A stretch of DNA of 63,980 bases, filler included, from a bacterium (GTDB lineage Bacteria > JBBIVP01), in assembly GCA_037439705.1 (NCBI GenBank). It is 13 parts of 13 records of this genome, joined end to end, with 100 filler letters (N's around TTAATTAATTAA, not from the genome) between each part and the next. Parts side by side here need not be neighbours in the genome. Positions count along the whole stretch, not along the records: positions 21,240 to 26,349 come from JBBIVP010000153.1; positions 26,450 to 31,531 come from JBBIVP010000154.1; 11 more parts are not named here. The stretch is one strand, 5' to 3'. Each line of letters starts with the position of its first letter. Within the stretch, counting starts at the first letter, position 1. The notes beneath the pieces are model-generated. The model was not told where the DNA came from. It saw only the letters and a list, made by a program, of their open reading frames with translations, and did no database searches. Shown here piece by piece: positions 21,240-29,365 of this stretch. The translations under genes were made by a program, and so were the position numbers.

Positions 21240-21391
21240 ATTTTACTAAAGAATTTTTTGTCAATCTCCGCACTCCCATCATCTTTCAAGAAATCCTCTA
21301 CATTTTCCCCACATTCGTGTAAAACCCTCAAAAACCCCACAACCCCTGCATTGTATAGCCAGTTGGAGGGGTATAAGGTTATCTTTTGCAT
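21240..21391 (-). CDS. cas8b1: Type I-B CRISPR-associated Cas8b1/Cst1, N-terminal fragment (contig end)
   Basis: MQKITLYPSNWLYNAGVVGFLRVL matches the N-terminal WLYNAGxxG motif of Cst1/Cas8b1; lies downstream of cas6. Confidence 0.7.
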
Positions 21392-21483
21392 TTTTTCCTC
21401 TGAAATTAAATTATAACATAAAAATATAAATTTGCAAATAAGTTTTTGAAAAGGGTAAAAGAATTTTGTAATGGCAAAAATCT

Positions 21484-21900
21484 TTACACACCTTCCTTAA
21501 AAAATATTGTGCTGTATATTTCTCTTAGCGCAGGCATTTTTAAATTGTTGTTTCTCAGCAACACAATGCCCGGAAATCTATCAAATTCAAGATATTCTTG
21601 TATTATTAATTTGAAAATATGTGCCCTTTTCCTTATAAGTCATAGGTTCAATTTTGTGGGGACGAAGTCTTATATCCCCCGTTGAAATATATCACATTGG
21701 ATGTGTAATTATTTTTCTCAATTTATAAGCAAATTCAAACATCAGATATGTTTTCCCTGGCCTTCTTAGCCCGCATAAAACAAAAGCAGTGTGTTCGGAA
21801 ATTTCTCCTGGTAAAATGTCTCTCTATTAGACCTCTCGTGGAACCTGATGTGAACCATTCTGAAAGAATAAAAACAAGTTTTTTTCTTACAATCTTCCAT
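21484..21900 (-). pseudogene. Degraded AAA_14/DUF4143 ATPase remnant
   Basis: Broken frames encode GLRRPGKTYLMF (Walker A at 21749-21772) and EYLEFDRFPGIV...LREIYSTIFFKE (from 21597), which parallel GPRRAGKTYYLY and EYLEFGGFPEVV...LKEFYDLILFKD of 6969-8231. Confidence 0.65.
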
Positions 21901-22031
21901 GATATTGTATTGTATAAAAAATACAATTTTAATCTCCAAATTTTTCCCCTCTTTTCCATCCCATCAACCACCCAACAACTCTACCCCTTTGTATAGACCG
22001 CCTGAAGTGCTAAGAAGTATTTTGTTTCTTT

Positions 22032-22802
22032 TTATCCCTCAGAAATAATATCAAGCAGACCGAAACCCTGGCCGGTTCTTACACCCAGCCCATAATCATA
22101 TAAAAACTGAAGAATCTCTGGATGAGATTCAATTGAAAAAATACCTTTAAATCCTCTTATAAACCCGTCGTAATGCTTTACCATTATTTCTTTTACATTG
22201 GAGATGTGAGTAAGTTTTATTTCTTCGGGTTTAATTTTTTCTCCTTTTATTCTTTCGTACCTTTCTATTGTTCTTTTTTTCAAAACCTCCTCAAATTTTT
22301 CCAATTTTCCTTCTTCAGGAATTAAAAACCATTCATTGAAATTACTGGCATCCTTTTCCGGATCTGTTAATACTGCTATTCCGATGGTCTTAAAAACTAC
22401 GTGATTATTTTTAATTCTGTAATTTCTTTGAAGAATTATATCCTTCACAGAAAGAGCAATTCCCCGGGGAAATGTAATTCCCTTATTTTCTTTTTTCAAT
22501 TGAAGTACACCATTGTAAAATGAAGCAAAAACTTCAAAGTTTCCTGTTGAAAATATCAAATTTAGGGGAGGATTAATAAAAATTTTGTCTCTGTTATTTT
22601 CATCAATCAATTTCATTTTGCCCAGATAGACTGAAAATGTAAAAGGTTTTACAGTTTTCCTGTCATAAAGTTCTCCAAAAAGAAAAGAGCGTTCAAACAC
22701 ACTTTTTAAAAAGGAAATAAAATATCTCCTGTAATCCCGATCTATTGTTATTTCTTTAATATCAGGAGAATCAAAAGTAATTTTATATCTCATCTTTTCC
22801 AT
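22032..22802 (-). CDS. cas6: CRISPR-associated endoribonuclease Cas6
   Basis: KPFTFSVY and the C-terminal glycine loop GLGVRTGQGFG of the RAMP fold. Confidence 0.92.
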   Translation of the reverse strand: MEKMRYKITFDSPDIKEITIDRDYRRYFISFLKSVFERSFLFGELYDRKTVKPFTFSVYLGKMKLIDENNRDKIFINPPLNLIFSTGNFEVFASFYNGVLQLKKENKGITFPRGIALSVKDIILQRNYRIKNNHVVFKTIGIAVLTDPEKDASNFNEWFLIPEEGKLEKFEEVLKKRTIERYERIKGEKIKPEEIKLTHISNVKEIMVKHYDGFIRGFKGIFSIESHPEILQFLYDYGLGVRTGQGFGLLDIISEG

Positions 22803-22844
22803 TCCCCGGTCTTATTGATTTAGTCTTTTCATCCATTTATTCAT

Positions 22845-22872
22845 ATTATATTCCTTATCTCCACTTTGTCAA
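22845..22872 (-). promoter_or_regulatory. Consensus sigma70 promoter upstream of cas6
   Basis: TTGACA-16 nt-TATAAT on the minus strand. Confidence 0.65.
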
Positions 22873-22941
22873 AAATTTTCTCTTCCAGCGAAAGGTAGGG
22901 GAATTACTTCTTTCTTATTTACGGATTCAACATAAGGTTGT

Positions 22942-25145
22942 TTATAGTTCATATTCAACATACCCTTTATAGTCTTTAAATTTTTCGGAAAAAATCTCTT
23001 TTATCTCTTTCTTGGCGGAAAAATATATAATCTGCCATCCTCTTTCCAGTGAGATTCTTTTTAAGATATCAATCTGACGCCCCAGTCTTTCAAAGTCATA
23101 TTTTATGAAGGGGTCATCAAGGATAAAAAATCCCTTTTTACCTTCCAGAAGGATTTCAGCCATAGTAAGCCTTATAGAAAAATATAACTGGTCATAGGCA
23201 CCTGCTGAAAGTTTTCCTACCTCTAATTTCTCCCCACCTTTCCGTTTAACAGTGAGAGTCAACTCCTTGCTGTCAAAATTTACTTCTTCATACTCCCCCC
23301 CGGTAATCTCCTGGAAATACCGTGAAACTGGACCATTTTTACCGAAAAGAAGAGATACCTGATGCACTTTTTCTTTTTTTATCTCTTCAAAAATTTTTAT
23401 AGCACAACGAGCATTTTCAGCATTCTTTCCTGTTTCCTCTTTAAATCTCTTAAGCTCTTCCTCAATGCCTTCTAAATCCTCCATACTTTCACAACGGATT
23501 ACTTCTATAATTTTCTTTGCTTCCTCCCCAATTTTTTTATATCATTTTGAAAGTCATCCAGTTTCTTCTTTTTCTCATCTAACTTATTTCTGTCTTCATC
23601 TATCTTTTTTCTTAATTCCTCTTCCTCTTTTTCATCTCCTGAAATATCTGTAGCTTTATCTTTATATACCTCAAGCTCTTTAATCTCTTTTCCCCAGAAA
23701 GAAAGGTTTTCCTTCAGAGTATTGTATTTCTTGCCAAACAGTCCAGAAAGGATTCCTTCTTTTTCTTTTATCAATTCAGTTAATCTTCGTTTTTTCTCAA
23801 GGTGCTGGGTGAACTCTTCAATGGAGGACACTTTTGCTCTATCTTTTATTTTTTCTATCTCTTCAATGAGGGAGTTAATTTTATTTTCTAAATTTTTTAT
23901 TTCCTCATTCCTTAAACGCAGTTCATTCTCTTTTTCTTCTAACTTTTTCTTTGTTTCTTCATATTCTCTTTCCATGAGTTGAAATTGAAAACGAATTTTG
24001 TCAACACTTTGAACCTGTATTCCTATTTCTTTAGCCACCAATTCATAAAGGGATTTTTCCGCTCTCTTTATTTTGTAAAAATACATTCCTGCTACAACAA
24101 GAAATATCAGGAGAGTCGGAATCAGGATGTAAAAAATCAGGGATGGCTTTAAGATAATTCCAATTAAAGAACCAATAAAAAGAAAAATGAAAAACACAAG
24201 AAGATGAGATTTCAACTTTCCTCTCTTCTCTTCATACCCCTCCACCTCGCCATTTATTATTTTTTCCACCCTCTTCCTTTCCTCCCGGCTGTAAAGGTCC
24301 TTTTTAATTCCTTCTAATTCCTCTTTTTTTCTATTAATTTCTGATTCAAGTCTTTCTTTTTCCTCTTTCAGCCTTTTTATACCCTCCTCACAGGTTGTCC
24401 AATTTTCCCTTTCTTTTTCATTGAAACTTGAAAGTTCGTTGATTTGTGAAATTAGGTTATTTATTTCATTTAATATTGAACTGCCCTTTTCATATTTCTC
24501 CCTCTTCCTTGCGTTCTCAAGACGCTCTATTTTCTCCTTATTTTCATTTATCCTTTCTTCCAATTCAAAACATTCCCTATGCACCTCATTAATTTTTTCA
24601 TTTTCAAACCTGTCCTTTAAACTTTTTATTTTCTTCCTAAGTGAATCAGATGTTGTGAGTTTTGTCCTCAGTTTTCCAAATTTCTGCTCATCAGATATAT
24701 CACTGAGCGTGTCCGTCAATCTTCCTATTTCCCTGAGTTTTTTTATGATGTCTTCAATCTCTTTTATCCTCTCCCCTGTAAGTCGCTCAGTAAAATTTGA
24801 ATAATACCCACTCTCAATTGAAAGGTCACTGTTTCTTATAATAAATATATTCCGAAATTCATCAGAAGTAATATTAATTTTTTTAAGAAAATCTTTGTAT
24901 TTTAGAGGGTCATAATCATCATTCCCGTCTGTAAATAATATCTTGCCTATCGGGTCTTCAGTTACCCTATCTATGCCTTTGAATTTCTTTTCTTCTTTTT
25001 TCCCAAAAATCATTCTTAGAAGAGCATCTATCATAAGTGTTTTTCCTTCTTCATTTCCTCCCCATATCAAATTAAAGTCTTTAAGAGAGTATGTCCTACC
25101 ATGTAATGGGCCGTATTTCAAAATTGAAAATTCCTTTATCTTCGT
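22942..25145 (-). CDS. Rad50/SbcC-like (YhaN/AAA_27 type) coiled-coil ATPase with a central TM hairpin; split by a -1 frameshift, ACG start
   Basis: Walker A GGNEEGKT in 23505-25121; signature LSAGAYDQ and Walker B FFILDDPF in 22942-23484. The frames join by -1 at A7 (23532-23538). A natural-looking N-terminus (M)KIKEFSILKYGP begins at ACG 25145. Confidence 0.8.
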
Positions 25146-26206
25146 TGCAACCTCACCCCCTTCATAGCACTTATTACTAATTCCTTTAACTCTTTTATCT
25201 TATTTTCGTCATATAAGTTTTTTGCCTTTTCAAGAAAATGTTGATATAGTTCATCGGTTAAAATTTTACCTATATCTATAACTTTATTATCTATCGGGCT
25301 ATCTGGAAACTTTTCTTTTACCATTTCTCTTATTCCATTATTAAACTCTTCTTCGTTTATACCTGTCTTTTCACCATTTATATACCCTTTAATCTTTATT
25401 TGAACCAGCCAAGCATGTGGATGGAGTCCATCAATGGCTTTCTTTATCTTTTCAAATGGTTCGGCATCTGAATCATCAACTGAAACTTCCAGCTCCTCAT
25501 AATGAAATGTGTTAAGTTCATATTTTTGTGGTGGATTTCCTACTTCGAACAAATTTACACACCTTTTTCCTTTTTCTCTTTTTGTTATTGAAACAGGAGA
25601 ACCTGAATAAACAAAATATCCTCCACCTTCTATTTCCTCTATACTATATTTTGTATGAAAATGCCCGGCAAGGACATATTTAAAACCTTTAAAATAAGAT
25701 ATCTCTGCAGGCATATATCCTTCTTCTTCCTCTCCAAATTCACCTTTGGAATAATAAAATTTTAGAAGTTCTCCATGAAAAAGAAGGATATCCGTTTTTT
25801 CATCCTTTCCAGTTTTCTTACCAAGGTCATATAATCTTCTGTAAACTTTTTGTTTTTCCTTTATCCTTTCAAAAGGACATCCCCATATCCTAACATTTTT
25901 CCATTCAAAGGGTGTTTTATAATCTAATATAATATGAACATCATCACCAAAATACTTTCCCCCTTCATAACTCCTCTCATCATGGTTTCCCGGAATTATC
26001 ACTATCTGAAAGCCTGTTTTAGAAAAGAGACTTCTTATCTTTGGCCTCAACTCTTCGGCATTTGTATCTGTATCAAAGAGGTCTCCACTAATAACCATAA
26101 TTTCAATCTTTTCTTTTTTTCCCAGTTGAATCAGATTTTCAAGCGCTTCCCACCTCTCATCTTCTTCTTTTCTTAGGTGAAGGTCTGAGGTGTGAAGAAT
26201 TTTCAT
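25136..26206 (-). CDS. Mre11/SbcD-like (YhaO type) metallophosphoesterase DNA nuclease
   Basis: MKILHTSDLH, ISGDLFD, PGNHD, LFHG, LAGHFH, YSGSP. Confidence 0.88.
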   Translation of the reverse strand: MKILHTSDLHLRKEEDERWEALENLIQLGKKEKIEIMVISGDLFDTDTNAEELRPKIRSLFSKTGFQIVIIPGNHDERSYEGGKYFGDDVHIILDYKTPFEWKNVRIWGCPFERIKEKQKVYRRLYDLGKKTGKDEKTDILLFHGELLKFYYSKGEFGEEEEGYMPAEISYFKGFKYVLAGHFHTKYSIEEIEGGGYFVYSGSPVSITKREKGKRCVNLFEVGNPPQKYELNTFHYEELEVSVDDSDAEPFEKIKKAIDGLHPHAWLVQIKIKGYINGEKTGINEEEFNNGIREMVKEKFPDSPIDNKVIDIGKILTDELYQHFLEKAKNLYDENKIKELKELVISAMKGVRLQRR

Positions 26207-26226
26207 CGGTATGTTTTTACGCTGTG

Positions 26227-26275
26227 TTTCCTCATAATTAAATCTATTTGAAATATATGTCATTATGTATACCTC
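26227..26275. repeat. 49-bp exact repeat containing a dif-like 28-mer (copy 1)
   Basis: Identical to 56221-56269. Core ATTTGAAATAT-ATGTCA-TTATGTATACC at 26246-26273. Confidence 0.8.
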
Positions 26276-26449
26276 ATTCTTTTATTTTTATAGACATAAT
26301 CAAGCTGATCTGCCCAGTATTCTATATCTTTAGATAGTTTGACGATGTCNNNNNNNNNNNNNNNNNNNNNNNNNNNNNNNNNNNNNNNNNNNNTTAATTA
26401 ATTAANNNNNNNNNNNNNNNNNNNNNNNNNNNNNNNNNNNNNNNNNNNN

Positions 26450-26650
26450 AACTATCACTTCTATCTCCTGTGTTGAAGGATAGTGTGTGCCGAAAAGGTC
26501 AACAAATAAATCAAATTTGATGTCCTTCAAAAACTTCATCGTTTCAAGGTATTTATCCCTGTTCACCTTTATTATAACCATCTCTTTCTCCTCAATCTCA
26601 GCATGAGGAAGGGAATCTTTAAGGATTTTTAAGAGGTCTTTCTCGCTCAT
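26450..26650 (-). CDS. nuoC: NADH-quinone oxidoreductase subunit C, N-terminal fragment
   Basis: FDLFVDLFGTHYP-like motif; directly downstream of nuoB. Confidence 0.75.
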
Positions 26651-27137
26651 AGCTTCTCAAAACCTTTCCTTCATCAATCAACTTTTGGAGCTTCATGAGG
26701 GCAGTAATTATGCTTTCTGGAGTTGGCGGACAGCCGGGAACATAGACATCCACCGGAATTATTTTATCAATTCCCTGAAGAACCGAATAGGTATCAAAAA
26801 ATCCTCCTGATGAGGCACAGTCGCCAATTGCAATCACCCACTTTGGCTCACATATCTGTTTGTAAATGGTTTTAAGAACAGGAGCCATTTTATATGTGAT
26901 TGTTCCTGCAACCATAAGAAGGTCTGCCTGTCTCGGAGAAAACCGAACAACCTCTGCTCCGAACCTTGCAAGGTCATAATGGGCTCCCACTACAGCCATA
27001 AACTCTATTCCACAGCATTTGGTCGCAAAAGGGAATGGCCATAAAGAATTTTTTCTTGCCCACCTGATTATCTTCTTCAGATTTCCAACAATTACTCCTT
27101 CTCCGCTCAGTTTTTCTAACTCAATCTCTATTCCCAT
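26619..27137 (-). CDS. nuoB: NADH-quinone oxidoreductase subunit B
   Basis: CCGIE, SPRQADL, GDCASSGG, VDVYVPGCPP. Confidence 0.93.
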   Translation of the reverse strand: MGIEIELEKLSGEGVIVGNLKKIIRWARKNSLWPFPFATKCCGIEFMAVVGAHYDLARFGAEVVRFSPRQADLLMVAGTITYKMAPVLKTIYKQICEPKWVIAIGDCASSGGFFDTYSVLQGIDKIIPVDVYVPGCPPTPESIITALMKLQKLIDEGKVLRSYERERPLKNP

Positions 27138-27496
27138 TCCAGTATACTTCTTCTTATGATGTAAATAAGCCCTATCAAAAGAACTATTACAAATATGGTT
27201 CCTTCAAGGAATGCTATTTTTCCGAGTCCTTCATATTTGAACCCGAGAAGTTTAACAGCCCACGGAAAAAGGAGTGCAACCTCAACATCAAAAATGAGGA
27301 ATGCAATTCCTATCATGAAGAATTTTACAGAAAACCTTGCCCGCGCATCTCCGAATGGTTCAACCCCGCATTCGTATGTGGTAAGTTTTGCTGGAACTTT
27401 CCTTTGTGGACCGAGAAACATAGCAATAAGAAGAAGAACCACAACAACCAGAGCAGAAAATATCACTATTATTAAGAGCTCTCCATATCCACTCAT
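27128..27496 (-). CDS. nuoA: NADH-quinone oxidoreductase subunit A
   Basis: YECGVEP, FLIFDVEVALLFPWA, LEWE end. ATG 27496 preferred over TTG 27517. Confidence 0.92.
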   Translation of the reverse strand: MSGYGELLIIVIFSALVVVVLLLIAMFLGPQRKVPAKLTTYECGVEPFGDARARFSVKFFMIGIAFLIFDVEVALLFPWAVKLLGFKYEGLGKIAFLEGTIFVIVLLIGLIYIIRRSILEWE

Positions 27497-27590
27497 GGTG
27501 ATTAAACTACCATACAAGAAAATTATTTCAATAAATTTTTCTTTCTTGGCTATTTTGGTTTTTGAAGTTCCTTGGAGCGGAATCTGGACC

Positions 27591-29186
27591 TCATTCTTTC
27601 AATGTAGTCACGGATTCTATCCTTGATGGAAAATTCTCCTTTTTACTCTCCTCGTAAATATCATAAGGAATTTTGAAAATGAGCTCTGCATTTCTGTCCT
27701 CAGGTTTTCCGTAGTGAAAGGATGCTCCTCTCAAAAGAATTTTCCCAATATCTCCTGAGAGAATTATAGCCTCCTGAATCTCCCTCAAAGCCATCTCCAT
27801 TCCCTTTGCTGAAAGACTTCCTTCGGGCGAATTGTGGTCAACCATCGTGGTAAAAATTGAACCCGTTCCATCTCCGTTATCAACCACCTCAATAATCCTC
27901 GCCTGCTGTGGATAGGAACCGAGTCCGGAAGTCTCTATTTCCCAGAACCCGCCGTTCTTTGTTGGATGGGGAATAATTCTGTTATCGTGTCCGTGTCCTA
28001 CAAGAAGAAGGAATACATTAGGAAACGCAGATATAGTTTTTACAAATTCCTCTTCTGAGACCGGTGAATAAGGAAAGAATGAGCCAAGGAAATGATGAAA
28101 AGTCAGTATAACGAGTTTTTTATCTTTTCCTGCCCTTTCAAGTTCTGGAATGAGAAACTCTTCAAACTGCCATCTTTCAAGGCATGCGGATGAAAGCCCT
28201 CCGCAGAGAAACTCTTCCCTGCAAATAGTATCAAGAGCAATTATTCTAAAAACCTTTCCCACATCTTTTACCCAGTTTCCATAACCCCTTTCAATGTTTT
28301 CCTCGCTGAAAGGATGCCCCATAAGTCTTTCCATATATCCGGTGCACCTTATTATCCTTCTTCTTTCATCCGGTGGTGTAAAACTGCCAGCATCTATAAT
28401 TTTCGGCTCATCCGATGAACCATCCTGTGCCCCACAAAGTCCCTTTATTCCACATACCCTGTCGGATGTGGCAATTAAAGGGTCAAATCCAGAAAGAAGT
28501 GAGCACTCAAAGGAAGGCCATACTGTTCCCTTTATGAGGCAGTCATGGTTTCCTATGACCACAAACCATGGAACCCTTTTATCAAGTCCATGTGCCCTGA
28601 AGGGGTCATTGAAATCGTTGTAAGGACCGGCAACAGGGTCATTATCTTCTCCTGAATCGGGGTCAATTTCCTCTCCTTCAATCACCCCTCTAAACCACTC
28701 AGCCTCATTCAACTGGGAACTGTCAATTGAATCTCCTGTAAAGATAATGAAATCATAAGGTCTTTCCTTTGAAAAATCGTTCAGCGTTCTCATCATTACA
28801 TCAAGAATCTGTGTGCTGAACCTCTGAGAGATTTCAAGCATGGTAGATTCGGTCCTCAACGGCGATTCCTCATCTGCTATATGAACATCACTAAGGTGAA
28901 CAAAATAGAGCATTGACCTCCTTTCTCCACCGGTTCCCTTTTTTGCAATATCTTCTCTCAAAATGTGGGGTTCTCCATCTCCGAATTCAAACTTCCCGAT
29001 TTTATCCCTGTTTTTTTCTATCTCTTCTTCTGATAGGGGCTGGGCGGGAAGGAGTGGTTTTATTGTCTTTTTCAGAGTTGTCCATGATGGTGGAATTTCA
29101 GTTTGAGGAATGGTAGAAAGCCTTTCCTCCTTTCCACAGGTAAGGGCAAGAAGAAATATTCCGCTCAAAAACCATTTTTTATTCAT
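27591..29186 (-). CDS. Calcineurin-like metallophosphoesterase lipoprotein
   Basis: Lipobox LALTC; SDVHIADEESP, TGDSID, GNHD, FHH, GHGH. Confidence 0.8.
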   Translation of the reverse strand: MNKKWFLSGIFLLALTCGKEERLSTIPQTEIPPSWTTLKKTIKPLLPAQPLSEEEIEKNRDKIGKFEFGDGEPHILREDIAKKGTGGERRSMLYFVHLSDVHIADEESPLRTESTMLEISQRFSTQILDVMMRTLNDFSKERPYDFIIFTGDSIDSSQLNEAEWFRGVIEGEEIDPDSGEDNDPVAGPYNDFNDPFRAHGLDKRVPWFVVIGNHDCLIKGTVWPSFECSLLSGFDPLIATSDRVCGIKGLCGAQDGSSDEPKIIDAGSFTPPDERRRIIRCTGYMERLMGHPFSEENIERGYGNWVKDVGKVFRIIALDTICREEFLCGGLSSACLERWQFEEFLIPELERAGKDKKLVILTFHHFLGSFFPYSPVSEEEFVKTISAFPNVFLLLVGHGHDNRIIPHPTKNGGFWEIETSGLGSYPQQARIIEVVDNGDGTGSIFTTMVDHNSPEGSLSAKGMEMALREIQEAIILSGDIGKILLRGASFHYGKPEDRNAELIFKIPYDIYEESKKENFPSRIESVTTLKE

Positions 29187-29235
29187 ATTTTTCCCTCACA
29201 ATGATATAACAAACATCTGGAACAAGTCAAACGAG

Positions 29236-29365
29236 TGTATAAGTTATATACTTATGCGACATTTTATGAGTTTGAATGAGAGAATTTAAGGGATTTTTTG
29301 AACAAGGGATTTGTTTCATCTCTCCCTCTCACTCCTTAATGGCGCTCATATCTTTAACTTTTCCA
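29236..29365. mobile_element. MITE-like repeat with TG...CA ends (family A, short copy)
   Basis: Matches 9381-9617 apart from a 107-bp internal segment (9461-9567) that is absent here. Confidence 0.55.

Noticed and set aside
20301..21391. Apparent linkage of cas8b1 with IclR/TCA genes, and other cross-spacer neighbourhoods (nuo with Mre11, hypF with murU, glnE with rtcB)
   Set aside because: Separated by artificial spacers; the contigs are ordered by length, not by genome position.
21240..26349. CRISPR array near cas6/cas8b1
   Set aside because: I found no regularly spaced 25-40-bp direct repeats here or elsewhere in the window.
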